Below are positions 36,916 through 49,534 of a stretch of DNA of 64,000 nucleotides, one piece after another (position 1 is the stretch's first letter; each line of letters opens with the position of its first letter). Position numbers and translations under genes: made by a program. The notes beneath the pieces were generated by a model. It had not been told where the DNA came from, did no database searches, and saw nothing but the letters and a program-made list of their open reading frames with translations. Origin of the DNA: Octopus bimaculoides (taxonomy: Eukaryota). The stretch lies in NCBI RefSeq assembly GCF_001194135.2, contig NC_068994.1, positions 41,734,456-41,798,455 on the forward strand, in the 5' to 3' direction.

Positions 36916-39834
36916 AAGTAAATGCTTTACAAAGGGAAAACTTATGTTATTATATAGATAAGTCCTTTCAAACTTTTGATAATTTTGAAATTTAATTTTA
37001 ATACATGGACAATGTGTTTGAGATGAAAGATGTTCATAAAATGGCTAAAAGTAATTTAGATCATGCTTGAAAGTTTAGTAGGAAAAAGAACAAATAACAG
37101 TAAAAACTTCTATATTAAGTAAATGTCCAAATTTCAAAAATCCTCTCAAACATACAAGCCAGAACAAAAATGTAAAATAAAATGAATTGAAGAATTTATA
37201 ATGGAAACAATATTGTACTCATATTGGGTACATTTGTTTTACAGCCATAAAAGCAGGAAGCTGATGAACTTGTCAAAGAAGTTTGTTCTGCAATTCTTAT
37301 GTCTATCAGTGACAACACATAACATGCTTGACATATCAAAAATAAACCTTTTATATTTTTGCCATTAATTTTCGGAAGACACGGTCAAGATGAAAGCAAA
37401 AGTCGTTCATTACTTAGTAGAGTTTACTTGCACAAATGTTGGCTTTTATTTATATAGAATTTATAATCATATGCTAAGAACATTAACCGTTAGTGAATGG
37501 TGAAGATGTCAGGATAACCTTCTTAGTAAGGCATTAGTCACAGAAGCCACAACATACAAACAGACAAGCAGACAAATAAACAAGGAAAACAAGACACATC
37601 AGTCCCTGTTAGGAATTGAGATTTATTGATTCTCTCTGAATGATAAAAGGGTTGCTATTTCAATTTTGGCAGAGCCTCATCTGAATTCAGTGGCAGCATG
37701 AGAGGAATAAGAAATAGTGGTGGTTAACATGGTCAGAGATCATAGCCTATATAAGACCGCAATGTTCTTTCATCACATTTCTATAATACACTGACCACAT
37801 GATATATTGTCCCTTGTTGCCTTATCACATGACACATTGACACATGATTCATTGACAAATGTTACTTTGTCATGAAACTCACAGTCATGTGATGTTATAG
37901 AATAAACTGACACATGGTGTTCAGACACAAGATATCTTTTTCACTTTTCACTCTATGAGATTTTCCATCACATGTAACATTACTATGATGTAATGTTGCC
38001 ATGTAAAATTGTTACATAACAGATTTTCACATGACATTTTGTAACATCGTACATTTACTACACTTTTTTTTACATAATCTCTTGGAACATGACATAGTCT
38101 TAAATGTGTCAAACATTCCACAGGAAAACTTCAAGACCAAGAACTAACAGTCAGATTTAAAGCAATGTTCAGCTTACAAAAATATTCCTAAGAGAAAATC
38201 TTCAAGTATAATATGTCTTTCAAGAGCCAAAAAAAAAAAAAGGTCTGTGGAAGAAATTAGTTGTTGCTATTGATTCTATGGAAATAATATCATGGGATTG
38301 GATTACAAAATATATGATGAAAACAGGAGAAATTCACTGGATTAACTTTGGTCAGTTGTGAACAATACCTCAAGCAAGCTGAACCAGACGGTAAAAAATA
38401 TTTTGGTTAAAATTTTTTTCTGTCTACAAAATCTGGCACATCTTAAAATGTCTGAAACATTTGAAACTAATTTACCTGATGTGATGTAGTTGGAGGTGTG
38501 TTGCACTAATTTTTGATATGATAGTTTCAGTTTCAAAAAGAATAATTCAATCTGAAAATGCTTAATCATCACCTGATAATTTTAGATTATGAATGAAGCG
38601 TTTGGAAAGATTAGAATAACTTACTTAATATCTTGCTAAACAGATTAATGGTTCTTAATGTATGACTGATAAATTAAAGTAATTTTGTTATGATAGTTTG
38701 TTCATTCATTTGTTTATAATGTTTTGTCCATGCTAGAATAGACTGGACAGGTACACGTTTGAGCCAGCATTTTAAATTGTCTGATTCTTTTCTTGTCAGT
38801 AACCCTTATTAGTTATTTTTTTCATGTAAAGGATATTCATGTAAAGGATATTCCAGAGGATCTCTGTAAGCACAGAGTGACCAAACAGAATGTCAGCAAA
38901 ACATGTGAAAATGAAACCATTTTCTTCAAGTGAAGGTATGAGATGTCAGCATTTATGCACATCCACACATATAGGCACATACACATATAGGCACATACAC
39001 ATACACACACATAAAATCACAAACACACACACACACACCTACAATCACATATATGTCTGTATGTATTTCTGTGTGTGTATGCAACAGGCATCATTCAGTT
39101 TCCAGCAGCCAATTTCATTGACAAGATATTTCTAAGATTGACATTATAGTAAAATACAGTTGCCAAAGGTGCCACTCTTTACCAATGAAACCAAAGTCAC
39201 ATGGCTGCAAAGCAAACTTCTTAATGACACAGCTATGCAGCCAAGCCTGTTTCATAGAGGCAAGGATCAACATTTACTGGGTGTGTCTAGCATGTTGAAA
39301 ATTATGGTTTCTGATTGGTATAACCTGCATCTAATGCTTGTTACCTATGAGTATTGCACAAGGCAAAGATAATACAATTCAATTGATTTCTCAATAAAAT
39401 AGCCTGAGTAATGTTTGTTTAACTATCAAGTTTAGCAACTTGACTGCTATTATTTTGCACTCAGCTAATATTTGACTGGTTTAGAAAACTAATAGTATGG
39501 TCATAACCAGCAACAACTCCACCATCGACACACCAACAGATCAGTTTCATACTCCTACTTCATATAAGTGAGAAAAACAAAAAAAGCAAGGTTTAAATTT
39601 ACTAAATATTACTATGAGGAGTTCAATTAGTATTCGAAATGAAGATGCAGTCTCAGTAACTCACACAGGTGCAGGCATAGATGTGTGGTGGGGAAGGTTT
39701 GCTTTTGCGATGACAACTTGGGCAAGTGTCTTCCACTATAACCACAAGCCTTGTGAGTTGATTTGGCAGAGAGAAACTGTATGAAAGCCTGTCACACACA
39801 CACATGCACACATTGATTTTAAATATATATATAT

Positions 39835-40335
39835 CATCATCATCATCATCATTATCATTGTTGAACGCCTGCTTTCCATGCTGGCATGGGTTGGACGGTT
39901 TGACTGAGGACTGGTGAACCAGGTGGCTACACCAGGCTCCAATCTGACCTGGCAGAGTTTCTACAGCTGGATGCCTTTCCTAACGCCAACCACTCTGAGA
40001 GTGTAGTGGGTGCTTTTACAGGCCACCGGCATGAGGGCCAGTCAGGTTGTACTGGAAATGGCCATGCTCAAATGGTGTTTTTTTACGTGCCACCTGCATA
40101 GGAGCCAGTCCAGCGGCACTGGCAACAACGTCGCTCGAATGTTGTTTTTCACATGCCACCAGCACAAGTGCCCGTAATGCAACACTGGTAATGATCATGC
40201 TCGAATGATGCTTTTTACATGCCACCAGCACGGGAGCCAGTCAGCAGCCCTAGCAATGATCATGCTCGGATGGTGCTCTTAGCGCTTCACTGGCACGGAT
40301 GCCAGTCATGCTGTGCTGTCATCGAATTTGATTTT
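39835..40335 (-). mobile_element. Family A, longer copy with ~50-bp internal repeats
   Basis: 3' part as in 23445-23641; repeated tttt(c)acatgccaccagcac...gctcgaatg units. Confidence 0.9.
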
Positions 40336-40342
40336 GAGACAT

Positions 40343-40380
<38 letters not shown>

Positions 40381-40689
40381 GTATAAATATGTAATGAGTG
40401 ATAGGAGCAGTGTGAGTGCTAAGCAGCAACCATCATATCCTACATAAGATGGATACATTGTAAGAGGACTATATACTGTAGTACATCTATAACAGATGTT
40501 CTCTTAAGATGAATAACACAGAATTATAGTGTTCTTACAATATATCGATATTAAGTAGGATATAAAGATTGCTTTTGCACACACACACACGCGTATTTAT
40601 GTATGTCTGCATGTTTGTATCATCATTCTCTTGATTTGATATATATATATATGTGTGTGTCTGTGTGTGTGTATGGTGGAGTGTTGTAT

Positions 40690-40890
40690 GTGTGTGTGTG
40701 TTAGTATTTCTTCGTATTTGGCCTCCACCACTTGACAATTGGTGTCAGCTTGTTTTTCGACCCATAACTCATCAGTCCAGCAAAAGGAACTGGTAGAATA
40801 AGTACCAGGCAAACAATTTTCTTTGACTGAATCCTTCAAGGCATTGTCCCAGCATAGCTGTAATCCATAAACTGAAACAAGTAAAAGAAT
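40690..40890 (+). mobile_element. SINE B 3' half
   Basis: ccaccacttgacaattggtgtc...gaataagtaccaggc...actgaaacaagtaaaaga. Confidence 0.75.
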
Positions 40891-41228
40891 TATAGAATAC
40901 AACAGAACCAATATCCCATGATCCTCTATTTTAAACCTCAGATCTGTTCGTTTTTCCTAAACATTCTTTAAAGTATTATCTCTCTCAAGAATGTGAAGTT
41001 TCAAAATGGACAGACAGAAGAATTCTGAATTAAAACCAAAATGAATTGATGCCTTAAGATTCTGTTCTATTGGAATGGATGGGCTGACTAAAATAGATTG
41101 GTAGATTTGGGATCTGAATTTAAATTCCGTCAACAATATATGAGAATTTTAATCTGTGGGATTGTTAAAATAAGAATCAGTATATTTTACTAATGGATGT
41201 AGCCAAAGACTAAATTCTGCTCATGATC

Positions 41229-41260
<32 letters not shown>

Positions 41261-41714
41261 TAAAACAAAAGACCAAATAGTTAAAAGACATTTGAAACAC
41301 TAAGTGAAAAAATCAAAATTCTTTAAAAAATTATTAACCAGCACCAAATTACTGCAGAAAAATGCAACTGTCAAACAGTATGGATGCCTAGCAGTGGAAA
41401 TTTTTTTTTGCCGTATTAGTGTGGTACAAATTATGAATTTAGATAAAAATGGATAGTTACCATAAAGAAACCCTTCACTTGCGTATCAGGAAATTTAATT
41501 TGTTATTACGTTTAACTAGTATAATGAAGAATATATAGCATAAACACGCTTCATTACCAGAGAAAGAATACTTGTGCAACATCAACAAAAATGACATTCC
41601 AGTATCAGACAAGTACTCATTAGGGTACATTTGGATTAATGAGTGACAAATAAATTGCTGAAATACCCTGTTTTACCATTGAACCAATATGCTACCAGTA
41701 TTACTAATCAAATA

Positions 41715-41935
41715 AGGCAGTGAGCTGGCAGAACTGTTTGCATGCTGGGCAAAATGTTAGTGGCATTTCATTTGTTTATAAATTCTGAGTTCAAATTCCA
41801 ACAAGGTTGACCTCATCTTACAGCCTTTTGGGATCAATAAAATAAATACCAATTGAGCACTGGAGTTAATGTAATCAATTTTCCTCCTCCCCTGAAATTG
41901 CTGGCCTTGTGCTAAGACGTGAAATTAATATCATT
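41715..41935 (+). mobile_element. SINE D, first of a tandem pair
   Basis: aaggcagtgagctggcagaa...gagttcaaattcc. Confidence 0.8.
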
Positions 41936-41944
41936 AATTAAACA

Positions 41945-42170
41945 AAGTAGTGAGCTGATGGAAGTGTTAGTGCACTGGGCAAATGCTTAGCGTCATTTCG
42001 TCCATCTTTACATTTTGAAAACAAATTCTACCAAGGTCGACTTTGTCTTTCATCCTTTCAGGGGTCAACAGAATAAGTACCAGTTGAATACTGGGGTCGA
42101 TGCAGTTGAACTTACCTCCTCTCCCAAAACTGTTAGCCCAGTGCCAAAATTTGAAATCAATATTACTAAT
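41945..42170 (+). mobile_element. SINE D, second of a tandem pair
   Basis: gtagtgagctgatggaagtgttag...caaggtcgactttgtctttcatcc. Confidence 0.8.
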
Positions 42171-42484
42171 CAAATAAAGATGATTAAAGAAAGTGTATTA
42201 ATTTATTCAGAACTACCAATCTCATTTAAGTCAAAGCCGTTATAGAATGTCAATTAATGCTAACATAATTATCATACGTGACTCAATTCTCAGCTGTAAA
42301 GTAATACTTGTCATCTGCCAGGTGTACTGTTAGGAAAAGAATAAAATATCTTGTCTGCAATTGCATCATAACTCATGCGACAATGATTTGAGATTATGGG
42401 TTCACCTCTTCTTTCTACACTGCACCTTATTATTGTATACCTTTGTATACTTTTTTTCATGTATATACACACACACATGCATAT

Positions 42485-42650
42485 CATCATCATCATCATC
42501 ATCATCATTTAACGTCCGCTTTCCATGCTAGCATGGGTTGGACGATTTGACTGAGGACTGGTGCAACCGGATGGCTACACCAGGCTCCAATCTAATTTGG
42601 CAGAGTTTCTACAGCTGGATGCCCTTCCTAACACCAACCACTCAGAGAGT
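42485..42650 (-). mobile_element. Family A, young 5'-truncated copy
   Basis: Near-identical to 23465-23615. Confidence 0.92.
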
Positions 42651-43639
42651 GTGTATATATATATATATATATATACAACATATATAGGAAAATGTTAATA
42701 TAATGCACACACTCACACACACATTTATGCATAAACTTGCAAAGGCACATACACACATGTATAATACTTTGTGAATACACATTCACACACACAAACATAC
42801 AAATGCATGGACTTACAAACACACATATACATACACAAACACACACCTGCACAAACTGGTGAACACACATATGCATTCACATGTGCATAGACTTACCAAC
42901 TCACACCTACGCATAAATGCGTAGACTAATGAAAACACACAAACATTTAGATGATAATAATGATGTACACTTCCTGAAGAGCAATATTTATGACCACCTC
43001 TGCTTCTGAACAGAACTGATCTGAAAATTTAGTAAAACAATATTCACAAGAGATATTCCTATCTGCAAGTAATAATTGATACCATCAGTATTGAGTGGAA
43101 ACAATAAAAAGTAATAAAATGTATATTTGATGTCACTTCTACACATACATGTAAACAGCCACTATGTATGTAGGTTTATGTATTATGTATGTGTTTTTGT
43201 GTGTATACATTTATGCATGTATATGAATATATATGAATAGACATATATATATGAATATATATATATATGTGTGTATATACACACACACACATAGTCTCCA
43301 ATATATATATATATATATAAATATATATCAAAACAGGTATTATTTATTCACCATTACACATGTTTCATTTGCTAATAGGAATTACAAAATTGTACATGTA
43401 GTCGAAACATGTAAGAAATTTCCTATCAATAATACTTCAGACAGAGAATCAAATAATACAGCATTTGGATGAAGCACTTATATACAGTCACTTAGTAATC
43501 AGGAGTTGTATAGATAGTTTAGATAGAGAATGAAGAACAAATCTGAGTGTACAGTAAGAAGAGAGTTAGGGATAGGAGAAAGAGGTGTAACTTACATATG
43601 TACATGTATAAAAGCAAAAAGTACTACATATGTATATAT

Positions 43640-43894
43640 GAATAAATGCGCCCTTTTAAAGCCTAGCCAGGCACATGGGCCCGGTTTCTCAGTTTCAATG
43701 GTGTATGGGTTCCCCAGCTGGATGGGACGCCAGTCCATCGCAGCGTTACTCATTTTTTCCAGCTGAGTGGACTTGAGCAACATGAAATGAAGTGTTTTGT
43801 TCAAGAACTCAATGCGTCGCCCGGTCCAGGAATCAAAACCACAATCTTATGATCATGATGCTGACACCCTAACCACTAAGCCACATGCCTCCAC
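43640..43894 (-). mobile_element. SINE E2 with a 14-bp TSD
   Basis: TSD acatatgtatatat at 43626-43639 and 43895-43908; reverse complement of 48461-48710. Confidence 0.92.
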
Positions 43895-44264
43895 ACATAT
43901 GTATATATATATATAAAAAGGTAAATGAAACAAAAATTTATTTGGGAAAAACAGATAGATAGGATTCAATGTGAATGCTGACATTTTATAATGTAGCTTT
44001 TTTTCTCACATAGCTTAAACAGAGAATAAGAACAGCATTTTATGTGTCTATATAGACAGACATTCATACCCATGCACACACACCTGCACGCTTTATATTG
44101 CAGATAAACTACAACATAGGCAAATATGTAAAAACACATACATATATATGAGTACACGAAAAACATATTCATGAATATGATTTAGGCATTTCAATTGGTA
44201 ACAAAAATTATTTTTGAAATGTGCCTCATGCAAATTACAATTGTATTTTATTAAGTGAAAATGT

Positions 44265-44760
44265 AATGTAAGACACCTAGTACACTCTGTGAAATGGTTG
44301 GTGCTAGGAAGGGCATCTAGCCATATAGAGAAGCCAAAACAGACTGGAGTCTGGTGCAGCTCTCCAGCTTACCATCTCCAGTCAAACTGTCTAGCTCAGT
44401 GGTTCCCAAAGTTGGCAGTACTGCCCCCTGGAAGTGGTGGAAAGATCCAGGAAATTGTTAGAGAAAGTGGAACAATAATGGAGTGGCCAAAATGGATGAA
44501 TGTAAAAATAACAATGTAATGGGTTGATTAGGTTAAGTTTGCTTTATAAATACAGTCGTTTTGAATTTACTACAGAAAGTGGTCTATGTTCGTAGTGGTC
44601 ATGAGTAGGAAGAGGTTGATGCTAGAAATGTGGCCAGGGTGCCAAGGAGGCAGCAACCCAAAAGAGTTTGGAAACCACTTGTTTAACCTATGCCAACATG
44701 GAAAACGGATGTTTGATAATGATGATGAACATGGAAAACGAATGATGATAATGATGATGA
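44265..44760 (+). mobile_element. Family A 3' end split by a hAT MITE
   Basis: ...ccagtcaaactgtctagct [insert] gtttaacctatgccaacatggaaaacggatg(TGA)n. Confidence 0.75.
44397..44680. mobile_element. hAT/Charlie-like MITE
   Basis: TIRs cagtggttcccaaagtt / gagtttggaaaccactt; decayed 8-bp TSD gtctagct / gtttaacc. Confidence 0.8.
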
Positions 44761-44769
44761 AAGTGTGTG

Positions 44770-44809
<40 letters not shown>

Positions 44810-45080
44810 TATATGTGGATTTGTGAACAATCATGTCCATATATGTTTGATTCTTTATATGGGTACACACACACTCACACACATATATATATATATATAC
44901 ACATGCATTCATTATTGTTGTGCATATGTACATGCACATGAAATGCATGTACTTGTGTACATGCATGTAACTGTGTAATGGTAAGAAATATCAAAAAATT
45001 TTCCAACTTTTTGTTTTGATATATAATTATTCTGCAAATAATGTTTCCAGAATGTGTACATCACATAAATATAACAACTA

Positions 45081-45772
45081 CAAGGTGTCCCAAAAGTTAC
45101 TGATGGGTTTTAAGTTTTAGTAACTTCTTTAACTTTACAAATAAATCCATGAAATGTTGATACAATATAAAGAACATAATGGAAATTAATATGCACTAGT
45201 CAAATTTTGCAACACCACTACATCACATATGAAAAATAACATCACTTAAATTGTATCCCCCACAAGAAAAAATCTGGGTTAGTCAAGTCTAGGGGATGTG
45301 AAGGCTAGTTGACATTGCTGTAATGGGAGATTATTCTCTTTCCAAAGCACTGCCATAGCAACTGCATTGTTTTTCTTGTGATATGAGCAATTGCCCCCAT
45401 CTTGCTGGAACTATGTGTGAGGTCTACTTTGAATAGCCAGGTGCAAAAAGGTCTCAGTCATGGATACCTGAAAGAAAGGGTTTATGTCAACAAACTGGAG
45501 ACCCTGGTGCAACTGAAGGAGAACACCAATAGAGAAATCAGAGAAGTGGGGTCTGAAACTTTTGAGGGTGTTATGGTGCAAGTTTTAGAAAGAGCACAGG
45601 CATTTGAAGCCGAAAATGGCTGCCTATTAAGCAATGTCATTTTTCCTATGTGATGTAGTGGTATTGCAAAATTTGACTTATGCATATCAATTTCTATTAT
45701 GTTCTTTGTAAAGCATCAAGATTTTATGAATTTATTAAATTGAAACTAATCAGTGACTTTTGGAACACCCTG
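45081..45772 (+). mobile_element. DD41D (rosa/VS-type) Tc1/mariner derivative with long TIRs and an internal inversion
   Basis: TA|caaggtgtcccaaaagttactgat...atcagtgacttttggaacaccctg|TA. Plus strand GYLKERVYVNKLETLVQLKEN...SNVIFPM; minus strand FQQDGA-(41 aa)-D with LDLTNPDFFLWG. Confidence 0.92.
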
Positions 45773-45858
45773 TACATATGGAAATGCAATACTAGAATAA
45801 GCAAATGTACTTCAAAAGGAGGGCACAGCTTGGATTCTAACCCTACCTACATAATATA

Positions 45859-45898
<40 letters not shown>

Positions 45899-45954
45899 CA
45901 TATCAATTAATAGATAGATAGAAAGATCAATAGATAGATAAATAGATAAATAAA

Positions 45955-46290
45955 GGCCCCCTTTAGTCATAAATGACCATGGGTTTTCACCTAGAAAGTT
46001 ACCCTCCCAAACACAAGTCTGGGCATGGTTGTTTATGGAAGATTAATAGTCTCATGCATACCAGCCTTCCCACTCCATGTCACCGATGTTATCCAAGGGA
46101 AAGTCAAAAGCCAATACAGCTTGACACCATTGACATCGCAACTCATTTCTACAGATGAGTGAACTGAAGTAATGTAAAATAAAGTGCCTTGCTCAAGAAC
46201 ACAACACACAGCCCAGTCCAGGAATCAAACTCACTACCTCATGATTGTGAGCCTGGCACTCTTATTACTGAGTTGTGCACCTTCACAGAT
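45955..46290 (-). mobile_element. SINE E3 (E-type head, different tail)
   Basis: Head reverse complement gtgaaggtgcacaactcagtaataag...tgttcttgagcaaggcactttat; tail unlike E1 or E2. Confidence 0.7.
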
Positions 46291-46619
46291 GGATAGGCAG
46301 ACTTGAAATGGTCCCCCTCAGTGCAGTTCAAAGAACATTAAGTTTAATTCTGTTTGGACACTAGCATTCTATGGATTGCATGACAAAAACCACTTCCAAG
46401 TTAACATGCTTACATCCTTCTCAAGGGTAATATGAGAGAAAATATACTACTTAAAAAATATAACAAAAAAATGTGGTTCAAATGTTGGTTGTTGATAGAT
46501 TGACTAATGTATCGACATTTGATTGATCATGGACCTTCGATTTGAACATTTACTGAATCAACTCTGGTTTATAGAATAGCTGAACCTAAAACGTTTCATT
46601 TTGAGTAATAAAAATAATA

Positions 46620-46850
46620 GAGTAGCGGTCTCGCTCCCATGCCGGTGGCACATAAAAAGCACCGTTTGAGCGTGATCGTTTCCAGCTTTGCCTTACTGGC
46701 ACTTGTGCTGGTGGCATGTGAACAAAACATAGGCTGACTCCTGTGCAGGTNNNNNNNNNNTTGAGCATGGCCATTGCCAGTATGGCCGGACTGGCCTTCA
46801 TGCTGGTAGCACGTAAAAAACACTGACTACACTCACGGAGTGGTTGGTGT
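46620..46850 (+). mobile_element. Family A internal-repeat fragment
   Basis: ggtggcacataaaaagcaccgtttgagcgtgatcgtt...gagtggttggtgttag. Confidence 0.75.
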
Positions 46851-46855
46851 TAGTT

Positions 46856-47057
46856 TGATAGTAAGCCACATAGTATGATATCGTGATATCCTCAGATTGG
46901 TAAAAACCTGGTCGAAATGTCTGCATGTCTGCAGTTCTGCTAAATGCACACAAGGGCCAGGTAGGGGTATTAAATTAGTTGAAAGATTATGCTTGCTACT
47001 GCTGAAGAAAAGATACAGGCCATCTAACACAGACATTTTATAAACCAGATTCCACCA
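46856..47057. repeat. Local ~200-bp duplication, copy 1
   Basis: Near-identical to 49535-49727. Confidence 0.95.
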
Positions 47058-47214
47058 CCAAAGTTGTATATGAGTAGAACCACTGCTAGAAAGAGTCATT
47101 GACCATTAGCCTACCATGAACTCATTGCTTAAATAGCCACTAAGTACAGCAGTGTAGCATTATTAGATCTACCAGTTTTACATATTAAACACATTCCTGG
47201 AAGCTGGTATCTTT

Positions 47215-47625
47215 TATTGCTTACCTGTTTCAGTCAATAGACTGAGGTCATGCTGGGGCACTGACTTGAATTTTTAGTTGAATGAATCAAACCCAGGAAT
47301 TATTTTTTAAGCTTGGTACTTATTCTATCAGTCTCTTTTGCTGAAATGCTATGTTACAGGGACATAAACAGACCAACACCAGTTTTGTCAAGTGGTGATG
47401 GGGGGGGGGACAAACACAGATGCACATACATTGATATATATACATATATATACGTTGGACTTCTTTCAGTTTCCGTTTACCAAATCCACTCACAAGGCTT
47501 TGGTCAGCCTGAGGCTATGATAGAAGACACTTGCCCAAGGTGCTACACAGTGAGACTGAAACCAGAACCATGCGGTTGGGAAACACACTTCTTACGACAC
47601 AGCCATTCCTGCACCTATTCTTTTA
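47215..47625 (-). mobile_element. SINE B, first of a tandem pair
   Basis: Reverse complement of 15155-15582. Confidence 0.88.
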
Positions 47626-48020
47626 TTCTTTTACTTGTTTCAATCATTTGACTGCGGCCATGCTGGAGCACCACCTTTAGTCGAATAAATTGATCCCAGG
47701 ACTTATTCTTTGTAGGCCTAGTACTTATTCTGTCGGTCCCTTTTGCCAAACCACTAAGTTATGGGGACATAAACACACCAACACTGGTTGTCAAGTGATG
47801 GTAGGGCAACAAACAGAGACACAAATACATATATATATATATATATATATACATACGACGGGCTTCTTTCAGTTTCCTTCTAGCAAATCCACTCACAAAG
47901 CTTTGGTTGGCTCAAAGCTATAGTTGAAGACACTTTCCCAAGATGCAACACAGTGTGACAGAGCCCAGAAACATGTGGTTGTGAAGCAAGCTTGTTACCA
48001 CACAGCCATGCCTGCACCTA
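47626..48020 (-). mobile_element. SINE B, second of a tandem pair
   Basis: ttttacttgtttcaatcatttgactgcggcc...ccacacagccatgcctgcacct. Confidence 0.88.
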
Positions 48021-48029
48021 TATTTAAAT

Positions 48030-48215
48030 TTGCTTAACAAACGGTGTCAGTTTCTTTATATCCTTGTAACTTAGTAATTTGGCAAAAGGGACTGATAGAA
48101 TAGATACCAGGCTTTAGAAAATGAGTACTGGGTTTGATTTGTTTGTCTAAAATCCTTCAAGGCAGTGACCCAGCATAGCTGCAGTCCAATGACTGAAACA
48201 AGCAACAGATAAAAG
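48030..48215 (+). mobile_element. SINE B 3' half, inverted relative to the preceding copy
   Basis: aacttagtaatttggcaaaagggactgatagaatag...gcagtccaatgactgaaacaag. Confidence 0.7.
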
Positions 48216-48460
48216 ATAATGTATGCAATTCATCAAAGGAAATTATTTTTTCTAATCAATAAATTTTTCTAATCTCTGTTGCAGTATTCAGAGGTAGTCC
48301 TAGTTACATCCTCTTTTAGGAGCTAAAAAGAATAGATTTAAGAAAAAATCATTAGCCCCATGACCTACTTCTTGAAAAACTGTGCCCCTATTTTGAATTT
48401 CAGCAACCTAGGTGTATAACTGATTATAACTTAGAATGTACATTCACTTTATATCTACAT

Positions 48461-48722
48461 GTGGAGGCGCACGGCTTAGTGGTTAGGGTCTCAGCATCAT
48501 GATCGTAAGATTGTAGTTTCGATTCCTGGACTGGGCGATATGTTGTGTTCTTGAGCAAAAGACTTCATTTCACGTTGCTCCAGTCCACTCAGCTGGCAAA
48601 AATGAGTAACGCTGTGATGGACTGGCATCCCGTCCAGCTGGGGAACACATACGCCTTTGAAACCAGGAAACCGGGCCCATGAGCCTGGCTAGGCTTTAAA
48701 AGGGCGCATAAATAAAAAAAAA
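48461..48722 (+). mobile_element. SINE E2, full length
   Basis: A box ggcttagtgg, B box gtttcgattcc, CORE-like block, gctgtgatggactggcatcccgtccagctgg, A-rich tail. Confidence 0.92.
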
Positions 48723-48800
48723 ATTATGGCGGCGAGCTGGCAGAATCATTAGCATGCTGGATAGAATGCTTAGCAGCATTTCTTGGCGACTGGCTTTACT

Positions 48801-48847
<47 letters not shown>

Positions 48848-48964
48848 CACATATGTGTGGGTTTGTGTGTGTAGGTCTATATATTTTTTTTAATGGTCCT
48901 GATGGAACAATTCCATGAGCTGCTGTGTAATATATATTACTAAGTATGCCTGACTAGATCATTG

Positions 48965-49240
48965 GTAACATGCATGTCTATTGACAAAATAAATGAACAA
49001 TCACATAGAAACAATTGTCAAGGCATGTAAAAGGCACCCATGCTGGTGACATGTAAAAAGAACCCACTATACTCTTTGAGTGGTTGGAGTTAGGAAAATG
49101 CATCCAGTCATAGAAACCAAGACTGGAACCCAGTACAGCCCTCCAGTTTACTAATTGCAGACAAACCATCTAGCCCTTACCACCATTGAAAACAGATGTT
49201 AAATGATTATGATGATGATGATGATGATGAGGATGATGAT
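48965..49240 (+). mobile_element. Family A (degenerate)
   Basis: tgagtggttggagttaggaaaatgcatccag...gatgttaaatgat(TGA)n. Confidence 0.7.
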
Positions 49241-49534
49241 TTGCTCAAATTTTCACTTTTTGTTATTCATACTTTACGATGGAAGTGAAAGTTCTGGATT
49301 TGGCATTTACTTGAAACATTGGTGTCCACAGCAGGTAATTTTCAGATAGCTACCATTCAAGTGAATACTTTCTGAGATAAATGTCTGCATTATCATGTGT
49401 TTGTTACAAGAAAATTTTAATTTTAAGAATGTATGTAAAGTATTTTTAAAGGTAGCTGCCATAACCTTTTGGCAGGACATTTGAGATTGGAAGGATGCAA
49501 AAGGTAGAAAGAATCCATGCCTCGTGCATTACTC

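Noticed and set aside
37245-37460. Protein-like short frames (EADELVKEVCSAILMSI; HKSRKLMNLSKKFVLQFL)
   Set aside because: No consistent acceptor/donor pair and no recognisable family.
40745-40785. Minus-strand CTGATGA...GAAA hammerhead-like string
   Set aside because: It lies in a mutated SINE B segment with no stem I, II or III pairing.
41558-41657. Minus-strand 100-nt exon candidate QFICHSLIQMYPNEYLSDTGMSFLLMLHKYSFS
   Set aside because: Splice sites are plausible, but the peptide is unrecognised and such candidates arise by chance in AT-rich DNA.
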